This document shows positions 7,819 through 18,079 of a stretch of DNA of 45,570 bases, piece by piece. The notes below the pieces were generated by a model. It searched no databases. It was given only the letters and a program-made list of their open reading frames with translations, and had not been told where the DNA came from. The DNA is from Patescibacteria group bacterium. Its GTDB lineage: Bacteria > Patescibacteriota > Minisyncoccia > Phycocordibacterales > PALSA-1337. The stretch's first letter is position 1. Each line of letters starts with the position of its first letter. The translations under genes and the position numbers were made by a program. Location of the stretch: assembly GCA_040388415.1 (NCBI GenBank), contig JAZKBV010000003.1:1-45570 (forward strand). The letters are read 5' to 3'.

Positions 7819-8451
7819 ATGAATACACTTACCCAACAGCTCGAATGGCGTTATGCAACAAAGAGGATGACTGGCGCAACGGTTCCGCAAGAAAAGATCG
7901 ATGCTATCTTGGAGGCGATTCGTCTCGCTCCATCATCATATGGCCTCGCTCCTTATAAGGTTTTCGTTATCACTAATCCAGAAGTTCGCAAGAAGATCCA
8001 GCCAACCGCATGGATGCAGCCACAGATCGTAGAGAGCTCGCATCTCCTCATTTTTGCAGCATGGGACACCATCACCGAAAAGAATGTGGATGATTACTTG
8101 AAGCTTATTGCTGATACGCGTGGTATGGATGTCGCCGCTCTCGATGGCTTTAAGCAGTACATTATGGGTACGGTAAATAGCCTCGATCCAGCAGGTAAGG
8201 TTGCGTGGGCATCAAAGCAGGCATATATCGCTCTCGGTATGGGTCTCTCAGCTGCCGCAATGGAAGGCGTCGACTCTACTCCTATGGAAGGGTTCGAGCC
8301 AGCAAAGCTCGACGAAGTCCTCGGTCTCAAAGAAAAAGGCTTGAAGAGCGTCGTCATCCTCGCTCTCGGCTATCGTGACACAATAAATGATGCCTCTGCA
8401 TCATACAAAAAAGTCCGTCGCGCGAAGGAAGACCTCTTTATCACGGTGTAA
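7819..8451 (+). CDS. NAD(P)H nitroreductase (NfsB-like)
   Basis: WRYATK, LAPSSYGL, DSTPMEGF, ALGYR, KVRR. Confidence 0.93.
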   Translation: MNTLTQQLEWRYATKRMTGATVPQEKIDAILEAIRLAPSSYGLAPYKVFVITNPEVRKKIQPTAWMQPQIVESSHLLIFAAWDTITEKNVDDYLKLIADTRGMDVAALDGFKQYIMGTVNSLDPAGKVAWASKQAYIALGMGLSAAAMEGVDSTPMEGFEPAKLDEVLGLKEKGLKSVVILALGYRDTINDASASYKKVRRAKEDLFITV

Positions 8452-8520
8452 CACTACAAAATAGAGCTCTATTGGCGGGAGGTATTTTTTGTTTGAGAGA
8501 TTAATGGTAATATGGCTTTT

Positions 8521-9735
8521 ATGAAACCAATGTCGATTGACGAAAAACAAATAGATGAACTTTTGTCCCGAAGCGTTGTTGGAGTGCTCCCGACAAAAGA
8601 TTTGTTAAAGAAGGAATTGTTGTCAGGAAGACAGTTACGCATATATATTGGTGCCGATGCCACCGGCTCAGCACTACATATTGGGCATGCCACGAACTAC
8701 ATGATTCTTGAGAAATTGAGAAAGCTAGGCCACAAAGTTATTGTTCTTGTCGGCGATTTTACTGCACGCATTGGTGATCCTACTGATAAAACTGCTGCGC
8801 GAGTGCAGTTAACGCGAGATCAGGTTGTTGAAAATACAAAGACATGGATGAAACAATTGGAACCGATTCTTGGTTTTAATGATAAAGAAAACCCTGTCGA
8901 GATTGTGTATAACAACGACTGGCTCTCGAAGATGAATTTTGAAGACGTGATTAACCTCGCCTCAAATTTTACTGTTCAAAGAATGCTTGAGAGAGATATG
9001 TTCGAGAAAAGAATCAAAGAAGAGAAGCCTATTTATCTTCACGAATTTTTCTATCCGCTTATGCAAGGGTATGACAGCGTGCATCTTGATGTTGATATTG
9101 AGATTTGTGGCAATGACCAAACTTTCAATGCTTTGGCCGGAAGAACGCTCATGCAAAGATACAAGAACAAAGAAAAATTTGTTTTTGTCACGACACTGTT
9201 GGAAAATCCGCTGACAAAAGAAAAGATGATGTCAAAGAGCCAAGGAACCGGCGTGTTTTTGGATATGTCGGCAAATGATATGTATGGCAAAGTAATGGCT
9301 CAGCCAGATGCAAATATTCCACAGCTTTTTACTGACTGCACGTACCTTGCCTTGGATGATATTCAAAAGATAAAAGATGGTTTGAAAGATGGCACGGCAA
9401 ATCCTCGCGAGATAAAAGGAAAACTTGCTTTTGAGATTACAAAAATTTATCACAGTGAAGCCGCGGCAAAATCAGCTGAAGAAGCTTTCATAGCTACCTT
9501 TGCAAAGGGAGGTGTGCCTGATGATATTTTGGAAATACGAATAGATGCGAACCAGCCTATTGCGGATATGCTTATTTCAGCGGGGGTAATTGCTTCAAGA
9601 ACTGAATGGCGTCGTCTCATCACTGATGGCGCAGTTAGAAACGAGAAAGATGAAAAGATCACCGACCCTGCATTTGTGCCAACGAGCGGAACTATTTTGA
9701 AGATTGGTAAGCGTCGCTTTGTTAAGGTGCTTTAG
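8521..9735 (+). CDS. tyrS: tyrosine-tRNA ligase
   Basis: GADATGSALHIGH, DFTARIGDPT, YPLMQGYD, GNDQ, MMSKS and a C-terminal S4 domain (KIGKRRF); start could be 8512, 8521 or 8530. Confidence 0.96.
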   Translation: MKPMSIDEKQIDELLSRSVVGVLPTKDLLKKELLSGRQLRIYIGADATGSALHIGHATNYMILEKLRKLGHKVIVLVGDFTARIGDPTDKTAARVQLTRDQVVENTKTWMKQLEPILGFNDKENPVEIVYNNDWLSKMNFEDVINLASNFTVQRMLERDMFEKRIKEEKPIYLHEFFYPLMQGYDSVHLDVDIEICGNDQTFNALAGRTLMQRYKNKEKFVFVTTLLENPLTKEKMMSKSQGTGVFLDMSANDMYGKVMAQPDANIPQLFTDCTYLALDDIQKIKDGLKDGTANPREIKGKLAFEITKIYHSEAAAKSAEEAFIATFAKGGVPDDILEIRIDANQPIADMLISAGVIASRTEWRRLITDGAVRNEKDEKITDPAFVPTSGTILKIGKRRFVKVL

Positions 9736-9736
9736 T

Positions 9737-9764
9737 TTGTATCTTGGTTTTTGGGATTTGGAAT
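9737..9764. repeat. degenerate heptamer tandem repeat
   Basis: TTGTATC TTGGTTT TTGGGAT TTGGAAT between convergent tyrS and comF. Confidence 0.5.
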
Positions 9765-9771
9765 TTTATTC

Positions 9772-10500
9772 CTAATGCGCCACCGAAAGTCCGGACACAT
9801 TTACGAATCCGGATTTTTTCATAGTATCGATAGCTTCGCGCATGGTACTGCCGGTCGTGATGACATCGTCAATGATGATCACTTTTACTTGAGTCAGAGG
9901 TTCCTTTCCGCTTTTGTTAAATTCAATACTTAATTTATTTAATATTTTCTCATCCACCCCAAATATTCCTTTAGCGCTCTCAACTCTATCCGCGCGGCCT
10001 TTCAATGTATGCCGTCCATCATGGTGCGTACGGATCAGCAAGTTATTTTCAAATATGAATCGCGCAGCACATGTATCGTCGAGCTTATTATTTGTTTCAT
10101 GCTCTAGGCACAGTCGTCTCATCTCATTCGTCAGTAATTCGCACTGATTATACCCGCGCTCGCGACGGCGTTGCTTCGTGATAGGCATAGGTAGAATAAG
10201 GCACGCCATATCGGTCGGTTGTTTATTTATGTATTCAAATAATGAATAACCCGCTAACTTTACTGCCTGCGCAGACTTTTTATATTTGATATTCCAAACC
10301 AACTGCTCAACCCGCTTATCTTTATATGCAAATAGAGACCCGCTTTCAGGTAAAGGAACTGCAAGACCTGAATAACTGGGCGCTGGTGGTAGGGTTTTTG
10401 AAATATCTGCAACTGAATATGAAAAAAGCTCCTTCTCAGTCTCAGATAAAGGGAAGAGCGCTTCGATTATGGTCTCATAGAGCAAATAAAAAATGCGCAT
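9772..10500 (-). CDS. comF: ComF-family phosphoribosyltransferase-like protein
   Basis: RRERGYNQ, IIIDDVITTGSTM; divergent from the pilus cluster. Confidence 0.88.
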   Translation of the reverse strand: MRIFYLLYETIIEALFPLSETEKELFSYSVADISKTLPPAPSYSGLAVPLPESGSLFAYKDKRVEQLVWNIKYKKSAQAVKLAGYSLFEYINKQPTDMACLILPMPITKQRRRERGYNQCELLTNEMRRLCLEHETNNKLDDTCAARFIFENNLLIRTHHDGRHTLKGRADRVESAKGIFGVDEKILNKLSIEFNKSGKEPLTQVKVIIIDDVITTGSTMREAIDTMKKSGFVNVSGLSVAH

Positions 10501-10574
10501 AGGCAGTTATATTCTAAGGGTTTATCCAGCGTTAACAACTTTTCAGTTTAGTATTTTCAATGTACACTAGTGAC

Positions 10575-11684
10575 ATGGCATCTCTCAGTTCGCTTTTCGG
10601 TTCATTTTTCAAAAAAGAGACCAGTGTCTTGGGTATTGATATTGGCTCATCTGCAATAAAAATCGTGCAGATCAAGAAAAAGCGCGGTCGCGCCGTGCTT
10701 GAGACCTATGGTGAGCTCGCCCTTGGCCCGTATGCGAATACCGAAGTGGGCCGCGCTGTATCGCTCCAAACTGACAAAACAATCGAAGCTATCAAAGATA
10801 TCTTGCGTGAAGCCAAGACGACCACTCTTTCGTGCGGAACAGCCCTTCCTTTGTCTTCAAGCCTCATCACATTCATCACCGTGCCTCCCGTTCCAGAAAA
10901 ACAGCTTGGCGAAGTAGTCGCTATCGAAGCGCGCAAATATATTCCTGTGCCCCTCAACGAAGTGTTGCTCGATTGGTCAGTCATTCCAAAAGAAGAGACG
11001 TATGTCACTGAAGAAGATGCTTCAAAGACCGAAAAGCAAGGAAGCGATGTGCTTGTCGTCGCTATTCATAATGAGTATCTCAATTCATATCAAGCGATCA
11101 TGACTGGTAGCGCGCTCAACCCGAGTTTTTATGAGATAGAGATCTTCAGTGCTATACGCGCGGTAGTTGATCAAGGATTGGCGACGAACATGATCATCGA
11201 TTTTGGTGCACGTTCAACCAAGCTCTACATAGTTGAGCGCGGCATATTGCGCACGGCCCATATCATCAACAAAGGAAGTCAGGATATCACGCTCGCTCTC
11301 TCAAAGGCGCTCAGTATCCCCGTGAGCGAAGCAGAGTCGATGAAGCGTCTTTTCGGTTTGAAAGGCGGTCCTGAGTACAAGGAGCTCACGGAGATCATTA
11401 CGGTGAATCTCGACTACATCTTCTATGAAGCAAATGCGACATTGCTCAACTATCAAAAGAAATACGCCAAAAATATCAGCAAAGTCATACTGACAGGCGG
11501 GGGAGTGCTACTCAAAGGCTTTACAGACCTTGCCAAGATCAGCTTTCAAACTGATGTTGTCTATGCCGACCCCTTCGGTAAACTTGAAACCCCTGCATTT
11601 TTGGCTGAAGAGTTCGCTCAAGCAGGACCAGAATTCGCTGTTGCTATCGGCACCGCTCTGCGCAGGCTCGCAGAACAGCAGTAG
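10575..11684 (+). CDS. pilM: type IV pilus assembly protein PilM
   Basis: LGIDIGSSAIKIV, IEARKYIP, IDFGA, ILTGGG, FAVAIGTALR; TACACT-N6-ATG start. Confidence 0.93.
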   Translation: MASLSSLFGSFFKKETSVLGIDIGSSAIKIVQIKKKRGRAVLETYGELALGPYANTEVGRAVSLQTDKTIEAIKDILREAKTTTLSCGTALPLSSSLITFITVPPVPEKQLGEVVAIEARKYIPVPLNEVLLDWSVIPKEETYVTEEDASKTEKQGSDVLVVAIHNEYLNSYQAIMTGSALNPSFYEIEIFSAIRAVVDQGLATNMIIDFGARSTKLYIVERGILRTAHIINKGSQDITLALSKALSIPVSEAESMKRLFGLKGGPEYKELTEIITVNLDYIFYEANATLLNYQKKYAKNISKVILTGGGVLLKGFTDLAKISFQTDVVYADPFGKLETPAFLAEEFAQAGPEFAVAIGTALRRLAEQQ

Positions 11685-11738
11685 GAGACTTATTCACAGT
11701 ACTTGTTTATTTAATTCCTGCTATAATTTAAGGGAATT

Positions 11739-12473
11739 ATGGAGACCAAATTCCAAACCTCTTTTATACCAAAGAAGCCGACGGCATCTGCTATCGGCGG
11801 CGTTTCTTCTGGCTCGGCGCCACGAAGGCATCATACGAGCATATTCATGACGATCGCCACGGTTATTTTCATCGTCTCTCTTGGAGGCGCGGGAGCGGTG
11901 TATGCCTACAAACAATATCTCATCAATGATCAGGTCACTCAAAAAGAGCAGCTCGCAGCGCGCGAAAAAGAATTCAATACTGACCTTATCGAAAAGCTCA
12001 AGAACCAATCGATAAAGATCGATTATGCCCATAAGCTTTTGAATAACCACCTTGCCTTGTCGCAGATATTCGACATTATTGGCCGTTTGACTATCGAGAA
12101 TGTCCGCTTCATGAGTCTTGATCTCTCAGCGCCTGCGACCAATTCGAGCGATGGCATCAAAGTGTCACTCCAAGGATATGGTACAAGCTTGAGCTCAGTC
12201 GCATTTCAGTCCGATGTGCTCTCAAAGCTCGATGAGCTTGGTTTACGTAAGATCGTAAAAAATCCAGTTATCTCAAATCCTGCCCTCAATACGAGTGGGG
12301 CAGTCTCATTTGGTTTTTCGGCAACGATTGATCCAACGACATTGACATATGAAAAGCTCGTAACGCCTGCAGCTGCAGCGCCAGCAGCCAACGCGTCTAC
12401 GCAGACGTCCCAGACTCAACAAGATGATCAGGTTCCTGTCGATACTACGCCAAATCCGTTCACCACAAAATAA
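11739..12473 (+). CDS. pilN: PilN-like alignment subcomplex protein
   Basis: FQTSFIPK N-terminus, single TM, coiled coil; position after pilM. Confidence 0.7.
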   Translation: METKFQTSFIPKKPTASAIGGVSSGSAPRRHHTSIFMTIATVIFIVSLGGAGAVYAYKQYLINDQVTQKEQLAAREKEFNTDLIEKLKNQSIKIDYAHKLLNNHLALSQIFDIIGRLTIENVRFMSLDLSAPATNSSDGIKVSLQGYGTSLSSVAFQSDVLSKLDELGLRKIVKNPVISNPALNTSGAVSFGFSATIDPTTLTYEKLVTPAAAAPAANASTQTSQTQQDDQVPVDTTPNPFTTK

Positions 12474-12477
12474 TTTT

Positions 12478-13068
12478 ATGAATCGAAACATCACCGCTAC
12501 AATTCTGCTCGTTCTCGCTGGTGCCCTCTATTTCACATATACCAAAGGTATATGGATGGAAGCGCAGGATGTCAAAACCGTCAACGACCAATACGTTTCA
12601 GCTATATCAAACGCTGAGCGCTTGATTACGCTTCGCAAAAAGGCGAATGACGATTACAACAGCATTACGGCTGATGATCGAGAAAAGCTCGACAAGATGA
12701 TTCCGGACACAGTCGATAATATCCGACTCATCATAGATCTCAACAATGTTGGCGTTCAAAATGGCTTGTCATTGAAAAACATCACCGCATCAGCAAAGTC
12801 GAGCAGCGGTTCAGCGTCAGGCGCTACGTCTCAAAGCTCGTCAGGCGGTTTTGGTAAAAAAGACACGAGCGGCATCAATATACCAAATATCGACACTGTC
12901 GGCGTTTCTTTCAGCGTCTCGGCGACATACCAGCAGTTCATCAACTTGATGCAAGCGCTTGAGGCCAACATGCGCATTATGGATCTCACACATTTGAGCG
13001 TCACCGCGAACGACACGGGGACGTATGATTTTTCAGTCCAGCTCAATACCTACTATCTCCATCAATAA
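12478..13068 (+). CDS. pilO: PilO-like protein
   Basis: Single TM, KMIPD, ATYQQFINLMQALEANMRIMD. Confidence 0.78.
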   Translation: MNRNITATILLVLAGALYFTYTKGIWMEAQDVKTVNDQYVSAISNAERLITLRKKANDDYNSITADDREKLDKMIPDTVDNIRLIIDLNNVGVQNGLSLKNITASAKSSSGSASGATSQSSSGGFGKKDTSGINIPNIDTVGVSFSVSATYQQFINLMQALEANMRIMDLTHLSVTANDTGTYDFSVQLNTYYLHQ

Positions 13069-13073
13069 TCTTT

Positions 13074-13421
13074 ATGAATAACAACAAACCATCATCAACT
13101 AAATCAATGATCTGGATCCTAGTTATTATTGCTGGAGTTGTTCTTGCATACTTCTATTTCTCATCGACTGCGACGCCCGCTGATTCGACTTCATTGGTCG
13201 GCACAGATTCTGCTACAGCAGTGGAAGGCGTGCGCGTGCTCAATCTGCTCAATCAGGTGCAGTCGCTTCAGATCGATACGAAGCTCTTCAAGGACGCGGG
13301 ATTTAAAACGCTTGTTGACTATTCAGTTGTGATACCTCCAGTCAATGTTGGTCGCCCTAATCCGTTCGCACCGTTGCCTGGTTTTTCGGCGCAAGGCGCA
13401 GGTACGCATAGCACACGCTAA
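13074..13421 (+). CDS. small membrane-anchored pilus protein (PilP position)
   Basis: Single TM; GRPNPFAP motif reminiscent of the PilP RxPF motif. Confidence 0.7.
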   Translation: MNNNKPSSTKSMIWILVIIAGVVLAYFYFSSTATPADSTSLVGTDSATAVEGVRVLNLLNQVQSLQIDTKLFKDAGFKTLVDYSVVIPPVNVGRPNPFAPLPGFSAQGAGTHSTR

Positions 13422-13426
13422 CTCAT

Positions 13427-15211
13427 ATGAGTGTAATAGATATTCTTCTTCAAAAGAACCTCCTCAACAAGGATGATATCCGTGCGATACGAACGCAAAT
13501 GGGTTCAGGAGCGAGCCTCGATGAGGCATTGATCGCGCATGGGGTCAAACCAGAAGATATCCTCGTCGCCCGCGGGGAGTTTCTCAGCATGCCAGTCCGT
13601 TCTATTGCTGACGCCTCTATCCCATTTGAAGCGCTCGATTATATCCCCGAAGAGTCAGCGGCTCACTACCGCTTTGCGCCAATCGGCCTCAAAGAAGGTG
13701 TCCTCGAAGTGGGTATCGTCGATCCAGACAACATGGAAGCGCGAGACGCTCTCAACTTTCTTGCGGCAAAAAAGAATATTCCCTATAAGATGTTTCTGAT
13801 CACTGTCGATGATTTCGGTAAAGTCATCGAAATGTACAAGGGCATTACGGGGGAAGTGACTCAAGCTCTCTCTGAGCTTGAAACTGAGCTGTCGATCACT
13901 CCTGAAGATACTATCAAAAAAGAGTCAGGGCCGAGTGATGGCAAGCCCGGTGCTAAAGGACAAGAAAAAGATGAATCTCTCATCGTCGAAGATGCACCGA
14001 TCGTCAAGATCGTGGCGACTGTCGTTCGTTATGCAGTGGAAGGTGAAGCGTCTGATGTGCATATCGAGCATATGCGCGACAAAGTGCGCGTCCGTTTCCG
14101 TGTCGATGGCGTTTTGAATACAAGTCTCGTATTGCCACCACAAGTACATTCGGCCGTGGTTGCGCGCATCAAAGTTATTTCCAATATGCGTTTGGATGAA
14201 AAGAGAAAGCCTCAAGACGGGCGCTTCTCGGCGCGCATCGACGGCCGTCGCGTCGACTTCCGTGTTTCGACATTCCCCTCATACTTTGGCGAGAAGGTGG
14301 TGATGCGTATCTTGGATCAAGCAAAAGGTGTTCGTACGATTGATCAGCTCGGTCTTTCAAAGAAAAATCTCGCCATGCTGAAGGACGCTATCAACAGGCC
14401 ATATGGACTCATTCTCATCACCGGTCCGACAGGTTCAGGAAAATCAACGACGCTCTACTCGGTCCTTTCTGAAGTCGATCGTGAGAGTTACAACGTGCTC
14501 TCCCTCGAAGATCCAGTTGAGTACACCATTGAAGGCGTGAGCCAGTCGCAAGTCCGTCCAGAGATTGGTTATACCTTCGATACTGGTTTGCGTACAACTC
14601 TCCGTCAGGACCCAGATATCATCATGGTGGGCGAGATCCGTGATAAGGAAACTGCTCAGCTCGCCGTCCAAGCGGCGCTTACGGGTCACCTCGTATTCTC
14701 GACATTGCACACCAACGACTCCGCTGGCGTCATCCCTCGTCTCATCGATATGGGAGTCGATCCGTACTTGATCGCGCCAACGCTCGTGCTTGCTATTGCT
14801 CAGCGTCTGGTGAGCCTGTTGCCGCCAGGGCAGGGCGAGCCGGTGCCTGTTGAAGGCAGTCTCAAGGCAATGATCGATCATTCATTTAGCGATCTGCCAG
14901 AGCAATATAAAAAAGAGATACCATTTTCAACGACTGTTATGAAAGCCAAGCCGACCCCAGAATTTCCAAAAGGAACTCGTGGTCGCATGGCCGTGTTCGA
15001 GATGTTCACTATGGACAAGGACATTGAAGAGGCTATCTTGAAAAATCCAAATGCGTCTGAGATATCGCGCATCGCGCGCAGCAAGGGTATGTTGCGCCTC
15101 AAAGAGGATGCCATGATCAAAGCCTTTGAAAAAACAATTCCGATCGAAGAGGTCAAGAAGCTGGGCTACGATGAACTCCTCTTTGAAGATGAGGACAAGA
15201 TCAAAGCCTAG
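13427..15211 (+). CDS. pilB: type IV pilus extension ATPase PilB (GspE/PulE)
   Basis: ASDVHIE, PQDGRF, GPTGSGKST, LRQDPDIIMVGEIRD, TGHLVFSTLH. Confidence 0.95.
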   Translation: MSVIDILLQKNLLNKDDIRAIRTQMGSGASLDEALIAHGVKPEDILVARGEFLSMPVRSIADASIPFEALDYIPEESAAHYRFAPIGLKEGVLEVGIVDPDNMEARDALNFLAAKKNIPYKMFLITVDDFGKVIEMYKGITGEVTQALSELETELSITPEDTIKKESGPSDGKPGAKGQEKDESLIVEDAPIVKIVATVVRYAVEGEASDVHIEHMRDKVRVRFRVDGVLNTSLVLPPQVHSAVVARIKVISNMRLDEKRKPQDGRFSARIDGRRVDFRVSTFPSYFGEKVVMRILDQAKGVRTIDQLGLSKKNLAMLKDAINRPYGLILITGPTGSGKSTTLYSVLSEVDRESYNVLSLEDPVEYTIEGVSQSQVRPEIGYTFDTGLRTTLRQDPDIIMVGEIRDKETAQLAVQAALTGHLVFSTLHTNDSAGVIPRLIDMGVDPYLIAPTLVLAIAQRLVSLLPPGQGEPVPVEGSLKAMIDHSFSDLPEQYKKEIPFSTTVMKAKPTPEFPKGTRGRMAVFEMFTMDKDIEEAILKNPNASEISRIARSKGMLRLKEDAMIKAFEKTIPIEEVKKLGYDELLFEDEDKIKA

Positions 15212-15243
15212 CTGTCCACTCGGGGATGCACTATAATATCTAC

Positions 15244-15651
15244 ATGGAAATTACACCTAACAACACTTCAGTAAAAAAAGTCCTTTTGGTTGATGATGAC
15301 CAATTTTTGCTCGATATGTATGCCATCAAGTTCAGTAAAGCAGGATATGACGTAAAGACCGCTGATGCTACGGCGACCGCGCTCAAGCTCGTCACAGACG
15401 GTTATGTTCCAGATGTTATCCTTTCGGATATCGTTATGCCAGGCATGGATGGTCTCGAGCTGGTGGCAACGCTCCGCAAAGAAAATATCGTGCCGAACAC
15501 AGTCATCATCATGCTTACCAATCAAGGGTCTTCAGACGATGTAGCGCGCGCAAAAAAACTGCATGTCGATGGGTATATCGTAAAGGCCACGACGATCCCT
15601 TCGGAAGTACTCGCTCAAGTAGAAAAGATAACTGCAAGTAAAAAAGCTTAA
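15244..15651 (+). CDS. single-domain response regulator (CheY-like receiver)
   Basis: LLVDDD, ILSDIVMPGMDG, IMLTN, YIVK; TATAAT-N6-ATG start. Confidence 0.92.
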   Translation: MEITPNNTSVKKVLLVDDDQFLLDMYAIKFSKAGYDVKTADATATALKLVTDGYVPDVILSDIVMPGMDGLELVATLRKENIVPNTVIIMLTNQGSSDDVARAKKLHVDGYIVKATTIPSEVLAQVEKITASKKA

Positions 15652-15667
15652 TATTTAAATAATATCC

Positions 15668-16726
15668 ATGGACTACACAAAAGAAATCAATGAGCTGGTC
15701 AGTTTGATCATCAAAGACGGAGCATCCGATCTTCATTTGTCTGTCGGTAGAACGCCGATCATCCGTTCTTCAGGCGAGCTGATCCCGTTGGTCAAAAAAG
15801 CAGTCCTCACCGAAAAAGACCTCAAGGGTTTCGTGGATGTTTTTCTCTCAGAGAGCAATAAAGTGATGCTCGAAAATAAGCGTGACGTGGACTTTTCATA
15901 CAACATGCAGAATGCGCGCTTCCGTGGCAACGTCTTCTATCGCCAAGGAACACTCGCTATCGCTCTTCGTCTCATCCCAAAAGGGATACGTACTCTCGCT
16001 GAGCTCAAATTGCCGCCAATATTGGAGACATTCACCCGCAAGCCCCAAGGCTTCTTTTTGGTGGTTGGTCCGATCGGTCAAGGAAAGACGACGACCCTGG
16101 CTTCACTCGTTGAGATCATCAATCAGACTCGTACGGAGCACATCCTCACCATCGAAGACCCTATCGAATATCTTTTTGAATCAAAGAAATCTATCATCGA
16201 TCAGCGCGAAGTCCGTTTGGATACGCCAGATTTCACCGACGCACTTTCAGCTATGTTCCGTGAAGATATCGATGTATGTATGGTGGGCGAGATGCGCAAT
16301 ACTGAGACTATCGCTACTGCTGTCACAGCCGCTGAGACAGGCCATCTCGTATTCTCTACGTTGCATACGAACAACGCTGCTCAGACTATCGATCGCATCA
16401 TCGATTCATTCCCTGCAAATCAGCAAGATCAGATCCGTGTTCAGCTTGCCGGGTCACTCACTGGTATCTTTTCACAGCGCCTCATCCCTCGCATATCAGG
16501 TGGCCTCATCCCTGCGTATGAGCTCCTCATCAATAACAACGCCATCTCCAACCTCATCCGCGAGCGCCGTACTCACGAGATCAATACCGTCATTGAGACA
16601 AGTTCACAAGAAGGTATGATCGATCTCAATCGCTCATTGGCAGAGCTCGTCCGTGCAGGTGAGATCACCGTAGAGAGCGCATACCTCAACTCGCTCAACC
16701 CAAAGAACCTCGAGAGGATGATCTAA
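15668..16726 (+). CDS. pilT: type IV pilus retraction ATPase PilT
   Basis: ASDLHL, GPIGQGKTTT, TIEDPIE, AAETGHLVFSTLHT, AISNLIRE. Confidence 0.95.
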   Translation: MDYTKEINELVSLIIKDGASDLHLSVGRTPIIRSSGELIPLVKKAVLTEKDLKGFVDVFLSESNKVMLENKRDVDFSYNMQNARFRGNVFYRQGTLAIALRLIPKGIRTLAELKLPPILETFTRKPQGFFLVVGPIGQGKTTTLASLVEIINQTRTEHILTIEDPIEYLFESKKSIIDQREVRLDTPDFTDALSAMFREDIDVCMVGEMRNTETIATAVTAAETGHLVFSTLHTNNAAQTIDRIIDSFPANQQDQIRVQLAGSLTGIFSQRLIPRISGGLIPAYELLINNNAISNLIRERRTHEINTVIETSSQEGMIDLNRSLAELVRAGEITVESAYLNSLNPKNLERMI

Positions 16727-16750
16727 TATTTATCATTATATTCAAACTAT

Positions 16751-17962
16751 ATGCTATTTAATTACGAAGCAGTTGACCAGACAGGAGCAAAAAGAACCGG
16801 ATCGATCGATGCGGTCAATACTGATATTGCTATTGCATCTCTCCAGCGTCGCGGGCTTGTCCTTACTTCTATTCACGAGGAAGGCGCAAACAATTCTGTC
16901 TTGTCGATGAACTTGGCTATATTTGATCGCGTCTCCAACAAAGATGTGGTCATCTTGTCTCGCCAGCTCTCAACGCTCTTCGAAGCGCAAGTGTCCGCAC
17001 TCCGCGTTTTTCGTTTGCTCGGCAATGAGACAGAGAACCAAGTCCTCTCCAAAAAACTGACCGAGATCGCTGATGACCTCCAGTCTGGTAGCGCTATCTC
17101 AGCAGCTCTCGCGAAGCATCCAAAAGTGTTCTCAGATTTTTATGTGAGCATGGTCAAGGCTGGTGAAGAGTCAGGAAAGCTCGATCAGACATTCCAGTAT
17201 CTCGCGGACTATCTCGACCGTGCCTATGAGCTCACCTCAAAAGTGAAAGGGGCCCTCATTTATCCTGCCTTCATCGTCATGACATTCTTTACGGTTATGA
17301 TCCTTATGTTCACGGTCGTCATCCCGAAGATCAGTGCTATCCTCGTTGAGAACGGGGGAGATTTGCCTTCATATACCAAAGTCATCATGGGTATCAGTAA
17401 CTTCCTGGTCCAGTATGGTTTTGTTCTTTTGGCTGTAGCTATCGTCGGCGGGTTCTTCCTCGTGCGCTTTATTCGCACACCACCGGGACGTCTCGCATTC
17501 GACAACTTCAAGCTCGGCATCCCATACGTAAGCTCTCTCTACCGCAAGCTGTATCTCTCACGCATGTCAGATAACATGTCGACCATGCTCGCATCAGGCA
17601 TACCGATGGTCCGCGCTCTCGAACTGACTTCGACGGTCGTCAATAACCAGATATATCAAAATATCATTTCAAATGCGGTCGAGTCGGTCAAAGGAGGAAA
17701 GACGCTTTCAGACTCGCTTTCAAATAATCCACGTGAGATCCCGGGTATCATGGTTCAGATGATGAAAGTGGGTGAAGAAACAGGTGAGTCGGGCACTATC
17801 TTGAAAACAGTGGCTCACTTCTATGCCCGTGAAGTTGAAACAGCTGTTGAGTCGCTCGTATCGCTCATCGAACCGCTCATGATCGTGATGCTCGGTGGTG
17901 GCGTGGCTGTTCTCTTGGCTTCAGTGCTCATTCCTATCTATAACATCGCTAGTTCACAGTAG
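16751..17962 (+). CDS. pilC: type IV pilus platform protein PilC (GspF)
   Basis: SRQLSTL, KAGEESGKL, ALIYP, VGEETGE, LIEPLMI. Confidence 0.95.
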   Translation: MLFNYEAVDQTGAKRTGSIDAVNTDIAIASLQRRGLVLTSIHEEGANNSVLSMNLAIFDRVSNKDVVILSRQLSTLFEAQVSALRVFRLLGNETENQVLSKKLTEIADDLQSGSAISAALAKHPKVFSDFYVSMVKAGEESGKLDQTFQYLADYLDRAYELTSKVKGALIYPAFIVMTFFTVMILMFTVVIPKISAILVENGGDLPSYTKVIMGISNFLVQYGFVLLAVAIVGGFFLVRFIRTPPGRLAFDNFKLGIPYVSSLYRKLYLSRMSDNMSTMLASGIPMVRALELTSTVVNNQIYQNIISNAVESVKGGKTLSDSLSNNPREIPGIMVQMMKVGEETGESGTILKTVAHFYAREVETAVESLVSLIEPLMIVMLGGGVAVLLASVLIPIYNIASSQ

Positions 17963-18079
17963 GAGGTTGCGTTATCCCCATATCGGTTTCACTTGCTTTT
18001 TTACAGGAGTGATATAATAGGAACAACAACCTTATTAGGTCTGTTTATTAGGATATTTTATAAATAATTTATTTCAATT

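Noticed and set aside
9220-9240. TyrS MMSKS instead of KMSKS
   Set aside because: The catalytic second Lys is retained; ordinary variation
10501-10560. Replication origin at the DnaA-box-like words
   Set aside because: Boxes are single and dispersed, with no cluster, unwinding element or dnaA/dnaN nearby
15882-16619. 245-aa alternative-frame ORF in pilT (also 43285-43926 in the MFS gene and other short ORF-track entries)
   Set aside because: Ser/Arg-rich off-frame products of host codon bias with no motifs
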